This document shows positions 8,705-19,870 of a stretch of DNA of 64,000 nucleotides, piece after piece. Origin of the DNA: an uncultured virus (IMG/VR IMGVR_UViG_3300026549_001681) (taxonomy: Duplodnaviria; Heunggongvirae; Uroviricota; Caudoviricetes); the IMG/VR virus record IMGVR_UViG_3300026549_001681; one strand, written 5' to 3'. The position numbers and the translations under genes were made by a program. The notes beneath the pieces were generated by a model. The model ran no database searches. It saw only the letters and a program-made list of their open reading frames with translations, and was not told the DNA's origin. Within the stretch, counting starts at the first letter, position 1; the number at the start of each line of letters is the position of its first letter.

Positions 8705-11700
8705 TTACTCGGTAAGTACGACGATGGGACAATAGTTCGGATCGGAACCGGCGATGTATCGCAAGAACATCTGGGAAGCGACCATTCGCTGTTTTTCCAT
8801 ATTGGGCTCAGGTTCGTGATAGCTGACACCACCGGTCGTATGAGCACCACCGTCCAAGCCAAACACGTTTTCAACGGGTCCGTATCCTGAACGGAAGATA
8901 GAGTCATTGAAAGTACCGCCGACCTGTTCGACGCCAATCTCGATCTTAACTCCCCAATACCAGCAAGCCTCGTAACAAGCGGCACTGTCAACAGCCGAGT
9001 ATGTCGGCATATTGCTGTTGGTGTAATAACCCGAATCACTGACCGTGGAAGGGAAGGGCAGCGAGCCAACGCTCTTGCAGCCCTGGATTCCTGCCGGATA
9101 ATTTCCTGTCGCCCCGCCTCCGCCTGCAAAGCAGAAGTCAAGATAGCGAAGCTGAGCTCCGGCGTTTTGCCAGTTGTAACCGTTAGCCAGACACCACTTA
9201 GCCAATACCTGTTCGTAAAGGTTTGTGTGATCGGCACGCCACTCGGTAGAACCATCATTCCACTGGAGAAGTCCCAGGGCATAACATCCGTTGTTATCGG
9301 CAGGATCGATCGCTTTGTAACCGTAAGTGCTGAAGCTGGTCTCTAATTGCAGAGCACCGAGGACACCGCAGGCAGCAGGAGAACTCAGCTCCTGTTCTGC
9401 GATAAGATACCGATACATCAGATACGTCGTCGAAGTCCACGAGATCTTTTGTTTGCCTCGTGAGAACGACAGGACATTATAAGCATCGGAATCATCTTCA
9501 ATGATATCTCCGCGTCTGTAACTCTCGTCGGGATCCCAACGGCTGCGTGTTACATAGAACGGGAATGTGTACTGGGCATTATCGACCGATGCGAGCATCA
9601 TTTCATAAATGTTGGAGTATCCGAGTTTTCCGTCTGAACCCGAGTCTATTGCCGCATGGAGCGCACTCTGGTTCGGAAGGGAATACCCGTTGGTGAGCAT
9701 CGATGCCCTGATACCGTTCAAGGAACTGCTGATGGAACCATAGCAGTCATGAGAACCGCTGCTTGCTTCAGGAAGACCAAAAGCAAAAAGGTCCGATGGC
9801 GCACCGCTGCTCCATCTGGATTCTTTCGTATCCCACGGCATCATTTCCGATCTGTCAAATATCTGGTTCAATACGACCGCGATGGCAGAACTTTTTGCCT
9901 TTGTCCCGGCTTCGATCACTCTCTGTCCCGAAAGCGTGTGATGGCCGGCAAGGTTATAAGGGCCCGTACGGATATCATAGAACTTGAGCTCGTCATAGAC
10001 ATCGTGCAGAGCGTCCAGTCCGTCAACAGCAGTCGGATTAGGCAGAACCATACGGGTATCCGTGATATCTACTTCGACATCATCATCCTGTCTGGTTTCC
10101 GAGATCGTTCCGGCATAGAGCCAGTAACCGTGATGATAATGCTCAATGGCAGCACCGAAAGTATAACCGGCATTACATATTGAGCATCCTTCACGCATTT
10201 CACTCACGATGTCCGAACCAAAGTAGATATAACCGCCTGTGGCATCTACTGCATCATCTGCCTCTTCGCCAGATACGTCATAAAACTCACCGTCGATCTC
10301 TTTCTGCACATAGTCGATCGACCATGTGCCTTCCCAGGTATTGCCGTTATAGACATCATAGGACCAGTCATCACCGGAAAACGCATTATAAACTGCACCC
10401 GTGGTGGGTTTACAGTTGCCGTTACCGTCCCAGTCCAGGTAATACCAGACCTTTACATCCACATCTTCTGCATCGGGCGTATAGGTCTGCGTAACGGATT
10501 CGGAGACTATCTTCACTTTCGGAAGACCTCTGTTAAAGCATCCATCCGCAGTACCGTCGGTACCGGAACCTCTGGTGGAAGCAAAAGCGAAGAAACAACG
10601 GTCCTTGTACGCATCTGAAATGCACCATTCTCCATCGGCATTTAGGTAGATCAGGTCCTTTTCGACCTTCTTGGATATCTCACCTACAAGAGGATAACCG
10701 TTAGAACTGTTAAAGAATTTATAGTCTTTCTGATTACCGTCTGTGCTGGGATAGTACGGAACATACCTCTCATCATTGACAATGTTTATGACTATGGGAT
10801 TGCCGTGATCGTCAAGAGCTTTCATGTCGTAATACATCGAATAGAAAGCCAGATAAAAGTCCTGGAGATACGCCTGATTACTGCTGTCGAACATCATTGT
10901 AGGGTTGAACTTAAGGTCAAAGACAGCAGCACCTTCGGAATAACCCGTAGCCTTGCCTGAACCGGAAGAGAACACCTTTTCCATGTTCTTGTTTCCGGAT
11001 CTGTACTTAACGAGCACGCTCCAGAGCGCATAAACTTCGTCCCAGTTGATCTCAACATCTTCGTAGGTCGGAGTATCGGCACCGTATCGGTAGGCAAGCA
11101 TGAGACAATCATCATAATATTTACGCTGCAAGTCCTGCGTTACTTCGACAAAGTCTGTCCTTGCACAAAGCTGCGGATCGTACCAGTCACCCTGACCGTT
11201 GTTGCTGACGATAACTACGATAAACATTGCGATCGCACAGACAAGAATAACCTGTATAAGAACCACGGCAATCACGGCAATGAGAACAAACTTGGCACCG
11301 GCGATCAGAGAAGATGAAGCCGAGGATGCGGAAGAACCCTCGGCGAACTTGGACAATGCCGCCTTAAGGCCTTCTTTGGCACCTTCGGCAGCCTTTTCCT
11401 TGGCCTTTCTCTTTCCGATAAGGTTTTTTACCGTTCTTTTCCTGCGTAACGCTTGAACATTCTTTGTCTGCTGAGCAGCTCTGGCTTCCTGGACAGCCTT
11501 GACATCTTCGGCACCGAACACGCTTCTTGTCTTGGTAACATTAGTTGCATTGCGGGCATTTTTCCCGACGGCTTTATTCTGACGGGGCGAAGGTGTCTTT
11601 TTAATACTGTCAGAGCCCGTCCTGCCGGTGCTCTTAGGCGAATGTGCTTGGCTTTCGGCGTTCAACTTATCAAGCTGCTCTTTTGCTTCAGCCTTTTTCG

Positions 11701-12370
11701 CTGCACGCTTTTCTTCGATTTTTCTTATCTTGGATTTTTCGCGATACTTTTCTCTGGCTGCGTCAGATGCGGCACTGGAAGTACCTTTGGTATCAACTCC
11801 TGAGCCTTCCTCATCATTAGCCGTTTTTACAATGCCTGTTACTACTGTCGCAATGCGAAGAGCGTTCTTACCTCCGGCCTTAAGGACACTTCCGGCCTGA
11901 TGCTTCGTTATCGCATCACTGATCTGAGCCGGGGATCTATCCATCAGCCCTTTATGGGATTTCAATATTGCTTCTGCCTGAGCAGACGTCAGTTCTGTCT
12001 TATTATGGATTCGCGCAAAGCGTTGTAATCTGTCTATGTCATCATATCGAGTGGATGTGTTCAATGTCCGGATCTCCTGAGCTCTGCAACGTGCGAGGAG
12101 CTCTCCGTTTCCGGCATCTCTTTTGATTCGCTCAAGGATAAGGTCTGTATCATTCGAAAGGACTCGAAAATTAGAGTTCAAATTAGTCTCGGAATATACA
12201 TCCGAACCTGTTCCGGCAGAAGAAACAGAGTCGCCCGCATTTTTTCGGATACCGTAGTGACGGACAACCTTTGTGACATCTCTGTCTGAGAGAGAAACGC
12301 CATGTTCCTCTGCCACTGTACGCACTCTTACAGATGCTTCTCTGTAAGCACGACTCGAATCGATGCTCAT
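8705..12370 (-). CDS. Conjugation-associated membrane protein with C-terminal phage-tail-lysozyme-like domain (VirB1 position)
   Basis: Basic N-terminus, TM helix, C-terminal AACGVLGALQLETSF..GLLQW..QLRYL; directly after VirB4. Confidence 0.7.
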   Translation of the reverse strand: MSIDSSRAYREASVRVRTVAEEHGVSLSDRDVTKVVRHYGIRKNAGDSVSSAGTGSDVYSETNLNSNFRVLSNDTDLILERIKRDAGNGELLARCRAQEIRTLNTSTRYDDIDRLQRFARIHNKTELTSAQAEAILKSHKGLMDRSPAQISDAITKHQAGSVLKAGGKNALRIATVVTGIVKTANDEEGSGVDTKGTSSAASDAAREKYREKSKIRKIEEKRAAKKAEAKEQLDKLNAESQAHSPKSTGRTGSDSIKKTPSPRQNKAVGKNARNATNVTKTRSVFGAEDVKAVQEARAAQQTKNVQALRRKRTVKNLIGKRKAKEKAAEGAKEGLKAALSKFAEGSSASSASSSLIAGAKFVLIAVIAVVLIQVILVCAIAMFIVVIVSNNGQGDWYDPQLCARTDFVEVTQDLQRKYYDDCLMLAYRYGADTPTYEDVEINWDEVYALWSVLVKYRSGNKNMEKVFSSGSGKATGYSEGAAVFDLKFNPTMMFDSSNQAYLQDFYLAFYSMYYDMKALDDHGNPIVINIVNDERYVPYYPSTDGNQKDYKFFNSSNGYPLVGEISKKVEKDLIYLNADGEWCISDAYKDRCFFAFASTRGSGTDGTADGCFNRGLPKVKIVSESVTQTYTPDAEDVDVKVWYYLDWDGNGNCKPTTGAVYNAFSGDDWSYDVYNGNTWEGTWSIDYVQKEIDGEFYDVSGEEADDAVDATGGYIYFGSDIVSEMREGCSICNAGYTFGAAIEHYHHGYWLYAGTISETRQDDDVEVDITDTRMVLPNPTAVDGLDALHDVYDELKFYDIRTGPYNLAGHHTLSGQRVIEAGTKAKSSAIAVVLNQIFDRSEMMPWDTKESRWSSGAPSDLFAFGLPEASSGSHDCYGSISSSLNGIRASMLTNGYSLPNQSALHAAIDSGSDGKLGYSNIYEMMLASVDNAQYTFPFYVTRSRWDPDESYRRGDIIEDDSDAYNVLSFSRGKQKISWTSTTYLMYRYLIAEQELSSPAACGVLGALQLETSFSTYGYKAIDPADNNGCYALGLLQWNDGSTEWRADHTNLYEQVLAKWCLANGYNWQNAGAQLRYLDFCFAGGGGATGNYPAGIQGCKSVGSLPFPSTVSDSGYYTNSNMPTYSAVDSAACYEACWYWGVKIEIGVEQVGGTFNDSIFRSGYGPVENVFGLDGGAHTTGGVSYHEPEPNMEKQRMVASQMFLRYIAGSDPNYCPIVVLTE

Positions 12371-12398
12371 AACGTCTTCCTCCTTATCGTATTTACAA

Positions 12399-12432
12399 GA
12401 AAAGAGCGGGAACCCCGAAGGATCCCCGCTCG
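12399..12432 (-). terminator. Intra-operon intrinsic terminator after VirB4
   Basis: GAGCGGGG/CCCGCTC stem plus TTTT. Confidence 0.7.
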
Positions 12433-12451
12433 TACTTGTATCAGTTGATTA

Positions 12452-15148
12452 TCAGGTATCACCTAAGATGTCATTAACTGACAGGTTCTCGTCAGTCCCG
12501 CCGACATCAGACGGTGCCGTTTCTGAAACAGGCTCGGCAACGCCTTCTTCAAAATAGTTGTAATCCCTTCTGAGCAGGGAATTAGGCGCAAGAGGCGGCC
12601 TGTCGTCTTCAATGGCCTCAGAAGGCTCAGAATAGCCCTCTGGAGCGCTCTCCTGCTCAGAACCAGTAACAATGTCGCTTTCATCAGCAGGCGCTTCAGG
12701 AACGCTTTCAGGCGTTTCAACGTATGCAGACTCAGCCTGGCCTTCATAAGTCTCGGAAACTTCTTCCTGTTCTGCGACCTCTTTTGCGGCAGGCATATCT
12801 GTCTGCGTAAGATCGACAGGGTGGAGGTCTGTCATCTTGGTCGTCAGGAGCTTATAGATGTGAGTGTCCTCTCTGAACTTGTTCTCGAAAGGCACAATGG
12901 ACTTACTGACCTTAAGAAGACCTTCACCGCTCTGACCGGTTGAGATGAAAGGCATCTGAACAGGCGGGATATTAAGAAGTTTGGCAAGTTCTTCTCTGTC
13001 TGTACCATTCTGAGACAAAAGGATAAGAAACTCTGATGTGTTGAGCATTTTTCTTGCTGCATCAGAACCCAAAAGGTCTTCAATGTTCTGAGTAATACCT
13101 GTCATTCTCGCACCGTATTTTCGGCAACGCTTCCAGAGTGTCTTGAGATACTCTTCAGAATTGGGATCCTGGAACAAAAGATAGATCTCGTCGATAAAGA
13201 TAGCAGTCTTACGACCGACCTTTCTGTTCTTTGCCATGCGGTTAAAGATAGCATCCAGGGTGACGAGCATTGCCAAAGGCTTGAGCTGTGAACCGAGATT
13301 CAGGATGTCATAGCACACAAGAGGAGAGTTGATGTTAACATTGCTCTGCTCTGCAAAGAGGTTCGCTGAACCGCTAACGAAATACTCGATGGCAACGGCA
13401 AGTCTTTTGGCAACAGGATCTTTCTGATTTTCCAACTCGTGCTTGAAGTCAACGAGTGTCGGAGGAGTGCCTTGACAGCCGCCTTTGATATACGGCTTGT
13501 AAACCTTAGTCAGGCAACGGTCGATGATCGATCGCTCTTCCGGGAGGAGTTTACCGTTTTGGATACGGGATATAAGCGACATAACGAAGTCAACTTTGAC
13601 CGCGATAGGATTGGATTCCTCTTCAGAATATTCCGCCGTCAGGTCGAGTGCGTTAATGTGCACATCCCGTGCTGCATCAAGGAGAATAAGTTCTCCGCCC
13701 ATTGCCTTTACAAGAGAACCGTACTCTTCCTCCGGATCGATGATGATGACATCAGTATCACCACGAAGTACCAGGAACATGATCTCGGCCTTGGTAATGA
13801 ACGACTTGCCCGAACCGGGAGCGCCGAGGACGAATGAGTTCTGGTTGATGAGATTGTCCCTGTTAACTGTAAGGAGTTTCTTGGACAGCGGGTTGATACC
13901 GTAGTAAACACCATGCGTGTGCAGGATATTCTGTGTCCTGAACGGCATCAATGTAGCGACACAGATCGTCATGAGGAGCCTGCTCATCAGATGCAGATTG
14001 ACTCCGACGGGGATTGCTGTGTTAAGTGCCTCGATCTGATAACGCAAGGGAGTGATAAGCTGAATGTTATTCTTCTTTCCGTTATTCTTTACCATTTCCG
14101 TATCGGCATCGAGTTCTTCCAACGAATCGGCCATGAGCATAATGGAAACCCAAGTATAACAAAGGTTCTGGTCATGCTCGACAAGGTCTGCAAGCTGTGC
14201 CTCTGCTTCAGCACGGGGCTGCTTGAGGTCATAAGGGATCTCGGCAGTATAATTATCGTGCTTATTCTGTGAATTCTGCCACTTGGTAATATCACCGGAT
14301 ACATTGAACAGGTGACGCTCCAACAGGTCTTTAGCCTGTGCAGGATCCATTACCTTGATATCCAATGACATGCAAGCAGTCTTAGGCAGATTCAATGTGT
14401 TGTGTAAGACGTTATCGTTGACAGTGCTGGCATAATCCTTCAGGAAAAGCGTACGTACATACTTATTGCCGAGCTTAAGATGGTCAGGGAAGACCTCGAT
14501 GGTGTCAGGACAGATATAGTCCTTAAAATTGTGGAGGTAAAATCCCTTATGCGGATCAAAGTCGAAAAAGTCTTCTTCACCATTCCTGTAAATATTGAAC
14601 AGGACACGGAGTCGCTCAACGGCAGAGAGAGGAATAAAGTCAGAACCAATCTCATTGAGCTTGACTCTGGTTGACTTCTCCATCTGCTCAAACTGAGCCT
14701 TGGCATCAGTAAAATCTCTCGCTGTGACTCTAAGAGTGAACACGAGCTGAGTGTCGATATTATTGCACGCAGCAAGTTTCTCACGAAGGTTTTCATTGAG
14801 TTCCGTACGGTAGATGTCATTCTGATCGCCTTTCAGCTCAAGGAACGCTGACCTCTGCAAAGTGTTTTCATCGACCTTGCGGTTGTTCATCGTTATCTTG
14901 AACTCTCCGCCTGCCGCAAAGGAGTTAATGAGCTGGCACCATTTAGCGACGATGTCTTCCTTATCCTGTTCTGATACGACCTCGTAATTCACATCAGTGA
15001 ACTCAAACTGCTTGCTGTAAACATTCTTGCCATGGTAAAAGATACCTGTGTCAAGGTTGATCGTTTCAATATCAATAGTATCCTGAACAGAGCCCGGCAC
15101 TTTATAAAGGGACTTTTTCAGGTTGAAAAATCGGCTAAATAAACCCAT
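12452..15148 (-). CDS. virB4: VirB4-family T4SS ATPase
   Basis: SVQDTI N-terminus, YYGIN, Walker A GAPGSGKS, IDPE.EY, IFIDE, RKYG..TGITQN. Confidence 0.95.
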   Translation of the reverse strand: MGLFSRFFNLKKSLYKVPGSVQDTIDIETINLDTGIFYHGKNVYSKQFEFTDVNYEVVSEQDKEDIVAKWCQLINSFAAGGEFKITMNNRKVDENTLQRSAFLELKGDQNDIYRTELNENLREKLAACNNIDTQLVFTLRVTARDFTDAKAQFEQMEKSTRVKLNEIGSDFIPLSAVERLRVLFNIYRNGEEDFFDFDPHKGFYLHNFKDYICPDTIEVFPDHLKLGNKYVRTLFLKDYASTVNDNVLHNTLNLPKTACMSLDIKVMDPAQAKDLLERHLFNVSGDITKWQNSQNKHDNYTAEIPYDLKQPRAEAEAQLADLVEHDQNLCYTWVSIMLMADSLEELDADTEMVKNNGKKNNIQLITPLRYQIEALNTAIPVGVNLHLMSRLLMTICVATLMPFRTQNILHTHGVYYGINPLSKKLLTVNRDNLINQNSFVLGAPGSGKSFITKAEIMFLVLRGDTDVIIIDPEEEYGSLVKAMGGELILLDAARDVHINALDLTAEYSEEESNPIAVKVDFVMSLISRIQNGKLLPEERSIIDRCLTKVYKPYIKGGCQGTPPTLVDFKHELENQKDPVAKRLAVAIEYFVSGSANLFAEQSNVNINSPLVCYDILNLGSQLKPLAMLVTLDAIFNRMAKNRKVGRKTAIFIDEIYLLFQDPNSEEYLKTLWKRCRKYGARMTGITQNIEDLLGSDAARKMLNTSEFLILLSQNGTDREELAKLLNIPPVQMPFISTGQSGEGLLKVSKSIVPFENKFREDTHIYKLLTTKMTDLHPVDLTQTDMPAAKEVAEQEEVSETYEGQAESAYVETPESVPEAPADESDIVTGSEQESAPEGYSEPSEAIEDDRPPLAPNSLLRRDYNYFEEGVAEPVSETAPSDVGGTDENLSVNDILGDT

Positions 15149-15528
15149 TATTTCTTCTCCTTTCCGTGATTTTTGGATTTTTCGACTTCTTTTTCACCGG
15201 CAGGAATGTCTTTCTGCGGAGCAATAATGTCGATGGGTTTGTTGGCACAGTTAAGCACCTTCGGAGTTTTACGGTAACGCATGAATATCAAAGCAAATTC
15301 CTCTGCCGTAAGGCGGTCCTTCTTAAAGAAACCGAGAAACGCAAAGATAAATGCAAGTCCGAAACCGAAGACGTTTAAGAGAAAGCCTTCAAACCAGATA
15401 GTTAATACGATTCGGAACAGGACAAACGACAATATGGCCAGAGCACCGAATATGGTCTGGCGAAGAGTAAGTCCCTTCCAGAAATTTTCCTTATAGTCGG
15501 AAATATCCTTGTTAAATTGTGTGTGCAT
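15148..15528 (-). CDS. prgI: PrgI family protein
   Basis: KDISDYKE...GLTLRQ plus two TM helices, upstream of VirB4. Confidence 0.88.
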   Translation of the reverse strand: MHTQFNKDISDYKENFWKGLTLRQTIFGALAILSFVLFRIVLTIWFEGFLLNVFGFGLAFIFAFLGFFKKDRLTAEEFALIFMRYRKTPKVLNCANKPIDIIAPQKDIPAGEKEVEKSKNHGKEKK

Positions 15529-15540
15529 GACATTTCCTCC

Positions 15541-16827
15541 TTAATTCATAACTTCCTGAGCGAAACGCTCTGCTACCTCTGAGGCTTTTCCTATAAGGTC
15601 AAAATAAAGGTGATATGTCAAAAGACCGCCTGAAGTGACCAGAAAAGCGAGATCTTGCAGAGAAGCAGCATCAAAAGTGCTTGTCGAACCAGCGTAGACA
15701 GCGCCTTTTAACAGGTCATTTGCAATACCCATTACATCAAGTATGCAGTAAGTCCCGGCGGAGCCATCTCCTGTCAACCAACCAACATTGATCGTAATTG
15801 TCGTTACAAGGACAGTGGCAAGAGCAATGGCAAACACCTTAAAAAGATTGGTCAGTGTTGCACCGGCGAACTGTCTCATGAAAGAATTTGCCTTTTGCTG
15901 TGTTTCGGGAGCCGCATACATGGCAAGGCCCAAGGGAGCACATACAAAATACACGAGCAATCTTGCAAAAGCAGTAAATTGTTCGACAACAAACTTAATG
16001 GCCTTCTTAAAGACCTTGATAAGACCAAATAAGAGGATCAGAAAACCGATAGGACCATTTTGCAAGCGGAACGGGGATGCTCCTGCTGCAACAGAACTGA
16101 CATCTACACTTTGTGAAGGATCCATAGAAATAAAATCTTCGAAGTGCCAAATAGGCTCGGTAGTATCCTTGTACCAGGATGTTGATGGTCTTATCTTTAT
16201 TAGCTGGTCCTTAAACCACCCGATGATACCGAGAGAGCCGTCATAAAAGACAGACGAGCTGGAATACGGATCCACACCACCAGCAAGTGAATACAGGCTT
16301 CTAAAAGCCCTGAACAGATACGAAAAGAGCAAGTACGAAGTGGACACAAGACCAACTGCGATAACCCACCTCAGTATTCTTGAAAATATGAGCTGGATAT
16401 TGGTCTTTTCGAGCTGGACTGTACTTTCAGCAAACCCATAAAAAAATACGATCATTGTCAACGCAAGACCGGCCTCGATACATAATACGGGAATAGATCC
16501 TGCACCTGTTCTTGTAAAAGCGGTAATAATACCCCAGTAAGCACCATCTTCACTTGATGCGTTCTCAACACCAGGTGCATTTAATATCTCACTGGAAAAA
16601 GGACTCATAAGCAGGATCCCTGATATCCAGCCTGTTATACCCGCTGAGATCGTATGTGCCGATTCGATGATGTCACCAGGTGTCAACTGTCCCAATCCGA
16701 TCAGAGCAGCAACGATAGACCAGATGAGCTGAAGTATCATCCAGATTATGTCCATCAAGCCCCTGATAAAATCGAGAAGTCCGAAGGTCGATGCGCCCAA
16801 GATTTTTATTCCCAACAAGTTGTGCAT
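15541..16827 (-). CDS. VirB6/TrbL-like polytopic membrane protein
   Basis: Multiple TM helices, APLGLA...FMR motif, position between pilin-like gene and prgI. Confidence 0.7.
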   Translation of the reverse strand: MHNLLGIKILGASTFGLLDFIRGLMDIIWMILQLIWSIVAALIGLGQLTPGDIIESAHTISAGITGWISGILLMSPFSSEILNAPGVENASSEDGAYWGIITAFTRTGAGSIPVLCIEAGLALTMIVFFYGFAESTVQLEKTNIQLIFSRILRWVIAVGLVSTSYLLFSYLFRAFRSLYSLAGGVDPYSSSSVFYDGSLGIIGWFKDQLIKIRPSTSWYKDTTEPIWHFEDFISMDPSQSVDVSSVAAGASPFRLQNGPIGFLILLFGLIKVFKKAIKFVVEQFTAFARLLVYFVCAPLGLAMYAAPETQQKANSFMRQFAGATLTNLFKVFAIALATVLVTTITINVGWLTGDGSAGTYCILDVMGIANDLLKGAVYAGSTSTFDAASLQDLAFLVTSGGLLTYHLYFDLIGKASEVAERFAQEVMN

Positions 16828-16897
16828 TTATCATTCTCCTTTCTGACAAGATTAAGCCCCGCCTGCAAAACACAGACGGGGCCTTGGCAGCGGCATA

Positions 16898-17218
16898 TCA
16901 ACCGCCGAAATTTACATCGGATGAGATTCCGGTGTCGGTACCGGAGATATAGTTGACGATCTGGGGGAGAACGAGCAAGAGGATACCTGAGAAGAATGTG
17001 ATAGCACCCTGGATCCTCTGGTTGTTATCACGCGCCTCCAAGGACATAGCGAAGTTGAAACCGCCCCACAGACAGAGGATGACTCCGATAGAAGAAAGAA
17101 CCGTCGCAACAACACTTGCGAAGTTCGTTGCCATCGTATTGAAGTCCGCAGCCAACTGCATACGATAACCTGTACCGAGCAATTTTACACCTAATGTTAC
17201 TAAAGCTAATTCATTCAT
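16898..17218 (-). CDS. Small VirB2/Maff2-like conjugation membrane protein
   Basis: Two TM helices, IGVILCLWGG..DNNQRIQG; start after GGAGG. Confidence 0.7.
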   Translation of the reverse strand: MNELALVTLGVKLLGTGYRMQLAADFNTMATNFASVVATVLSSIGVILCLWGGFNFAMSLEARDNNQRIQGAITFFSGILLLVLPQIVNYISGTDTGISSDVNFGG

Positions 17219-17262
17219 AATTAGACCTCCTTTTAAGTCCTGAATGACTGATTTATCGCCGC

Positions 17263-17293
17263 AAAAATAAAGCCCCGCGGCGACCGTGGGGCT
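17263..17293 (-). terminator. Intra-operon intrinsic terminator after VirD4
   Basis: AGCCCC/GGGGCT stem plus T run. Confidence 0.7.
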
Positions 17294-17309
17294 CATATAT
17301 AAAAAGGAC

Positions 17310-19205
17310 TTATGCCGCCTTTTTACGCTTTTTCTTCGGTGAAAAGTTCACCAGGTCAAGCTCGGACTGAGATACAAAGTAGTAAGTCGATTCGAGCTTT
17401 CCTATCTCAACATCGTCGAGCAGCTGACACTCATCTTCATCAAACTCGGTAACTACCTGACGTTTGGCATTAACATATTTCTTTCCGGTCTTCTTGTCGA
17501 ATGCCGTATATTTAAGAAGCGGTTCCCAAGAACTGTCCGTAAATATGTTGGTCTTCTCGTCATTGATGGGATTCTCACCGCGGATGACGATAATGACTCT
17601 GTCATTTTTCAAGTGCAATATCTCAGACGGATCCAGAAGCTCTCTCTTTATCCTCTGTTCAGACTCGGAAGTAGAACCCTGTCTGCCTTTGCTTTGTGAA
17701 TTATTCTTCGTATCAAGAGTATAAGAACCCAAGAGCTCAGAGATATATTTGGCAGAGTCCATACCGCTGACACCCAAGGACATCAGGGTATCGCAGCCTT
17801 CAATGGCGATGTTCCATTCTTCCTGTTTATACAGCGACTTGAGCTGTGCCAACGACTGAATGATGATAGAAGCCGAGACGTTTCTTGAACGCATTGATGT
17901 CAAAACGTGCAGGAAGTTATCCGGCAGTTTGATGTTGAAGAACTCGTCCATGAGGATCTCGACGTGGACGGGGAGAGGGCCTCTGTAAATCTTGTCTGCG
18001 ACCGTGAACAGTGTATTGAACAGCTGTGAATAGAAGATTGAGACGATAAAGTTCAATGATGTATCCGTATCAGATACTACAAGGAACACCGCTCTCTTTC
18101 TGTCGCCCAAAGTACCGATGTCCATGTCGTCGAAACGCGTCAGTCTTATGAGTCCGTCGTTATTAAACGAAGACAATTTCGAGTTCAGTGTCGAGGCGAC
18201 GTCCTTCTTAACATTGGACGAACCTGACGCATATTCCTTCCAATACCTTACGGCAATGTGGTCAGGGTTCTTTTCCTTCAGAGCATCAAATATCGGATCT
18301 GCTTCTGTCGGAGCCGAAGCCTGCATAGGCGAACCGGTAACGACACAAGCCTTACGCTTGATCTCCATTACCGCTGCAAAGTTCTGTGATGCCTTCGGAT
18401 ATTCGAAATAGACATAGTACATTATCGCAAGGAGAACTGCCTTAGCCGAATTTTCCCAGAACGCATCCTGCTTGGCCTGCGAACCGTTGTCAGTAGCAGA
18501 AAAGATAGCATCAACAAGGTTTTCAATGTCTCTCTGATACTCTTCTTCACGGATATACTGGAACGGGTTATAACCATCCGATTCATCAAACTTGGTAAGA
18601 TTGAGTACGGTAATGTCATAGCCTAATTCTTTCAGCCTGTTTCCGACCGTATCAAGATGCTCACCTTTAGGATCGACGTCAATTATCGTACAACCGGCAT
18701 TAAGAAGTTGGGGCCACGCATAACCTGTCGTCTTACCTGTACCGGGAGCACCGAGAACGATAACATTGGAGTTTCTGTTGATCGCCTTGTTGTCGTAAGA
18801 GAGAGCAAAGTTCTTGGACAGTATCTTGTTGTAGTTTGCTCCTTCTATCTTTATCTCATCGCCGTAACGGTTCGTAGTGATAATGTCTTTCTGGTTTCTG
18901 TAATGCTGGTCGAGTTTTTCGACATCGCCCCAATCGGCGGTACCGTGTTCTTCGCCCGGCCTTGCATTTGATACGAGGGATACTACTACGAACATCACGG
19001 CTGCATAAACGAGCAGTACGATAAAAGCCCATTTGAAAGACGGCCACAGATCGTTCAGGTAGATCTCAAGGGAAGGAGAGAAGATGGTACCGAAAATGCC
19101 ATTGTATTCCAGATCCTGCCCTAAGCCGAAACCCAACATAAAAATAAAAGGTGCCAGGAACAGAGCAAACTTGATATACGCTTTTCTGCGTTTGTTATTC
19201 TGCAT
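17310..19205 (-). CDS. virD4: VirD4/TraG coupling protein
   Basis: Two N-terminal TM helices, EHGTADWG, Walker A GAPGTGKT, DPKGE, YNPF, FWE, LMDEF, QSLAQL. Confidence 0.95.
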   Translation of the reverse strand: MQNNKRRKAYIKFALFLAPFIFMLGFGLGQDLEYNGIFGTIFSPSLEIYLNDLWPSFKWAFIVLLVYAAVMFVVVSLVSNARPGEEHGTADWGDVEKLDQHYRNQKDIITTNRYGDEIKIEGANYNKILSKNFALSYDNKAINRNSNVIVLGAPGTGKTTGYAWPQLLNAGCTIIDVDPKGEHLDTVGNRLKELGYDITVLNLTKFDESDGYNPFQYIREEEYQRDIENLVDAIFSATDNGSQAKQDAFWENSAKAVLLAIMYYVYFEYPKASQNFAAVMEIKRKACVVTGSPMQASAPTEADPIFDALKEKNPDHIAVRYWKEYASGSSNVKKDVASTLNSKLSSFNNDGLIRLTRFDDMDIGTLGDRKRAVFLVVSDTDTSLNFIVSIFYSQLFNTLFTVADKIYRGPLPVHVEILMDEFFNIKLPDNFLHVLTSMRSRNVSASIIIQSLAQLKSLYKQEEWNIAIEGCDTLMSLGVSGMDSAKYISELLGSYTLDTKNNSQSKGRQGSTSESEQRIKRELLDPSEILHLKNDRVIIVIRGENPINDEKTNIFTDSSWEPLLKYTAFDKKTGKKYVNAKRQVVTEFDEDECQLLDDVEIGKLESTYYFVSQSELDLVNFSPKKKRKKAA

Positions 19206-19857
19206 TACTCTGGCCTCCTCTCAGAACATCGTTGCTCCACAAGCCTGCAAAAGCGAGAGCTTCCTGACAGTGTTCTTTGTACTTCTTGAATTCTTCCGGG
19301 GGAATAGGGATGAGTTCGGATTCCAGCTGCAACTCATCGATCAGCTCAAGGTCATTGTCTTTCAAGAACCCTGCAAAACCCACTGCGAAGACCAGCATCT
19401 CTCCCACACCTCGCCCATCCATGAGCTGCGGATCTTCAGAAGGCTCAGGCAAGCCTGCATCCACAAATATTACTGTGACATAATCGTCCGTGGTCAAAGC
19501 AAGTCCGACACTCTTCGCGGCACGCTCTGCCACATCAGCCTCGTCAACAAGGAACATGGTAGCATCGTTTGTGTCAAAGCCGGGCCACATTAAAGAAGCG
19601 GCACCGTACTTATGTAGAGCCTTTAAGTAATCGCCTTCTTTTTCGCTCGGAACGAATACCAGGAAGGTTTGCTTAGTCGAATCGTTACCCGGTTTAGTTA
19701 CAAAGGGCGGCTTTTTGAGCGAGTCTTTTGTCAGAGCACTGTAATGGCTCTTGATGTAGTCCTGATAAATAGTCTGGGCGAATTTGAGTTTATCGACGTT
19801 CTCGCCGTAAACCTCGATATCTACGCCACAGACTCGTCTGACTATTCCTTTAGGCAT
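19195..19857 (-). CDS. Hypothetical protein in transfer operon
   Basis: 220 aa, GGAGG RBS, overlaps virD4 start. Confidence 0.7.
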   Translation of the reverse strand: MPKGIVRRVCGVDIEVYGENVDKLKFAQTIYQDYIKSHYSALTKDSLKKPPFVTKPGNDSTKQTFLVFVPSEKEGDYLKALHKYGAASLMWPGFDTNDATMFLVDEADVAERAAKSVGLALTTDDYVTVIFVDAGLPEPSEDPQLMDGRGVGEMLVFAVGFAGFLKDNDLELIDELQLESELIPIPPEEFKKYKEHCQEALAFAGLWSNDVLRGGQSNAE

Positions 19858-19870
19858 GAGTCATACCTCC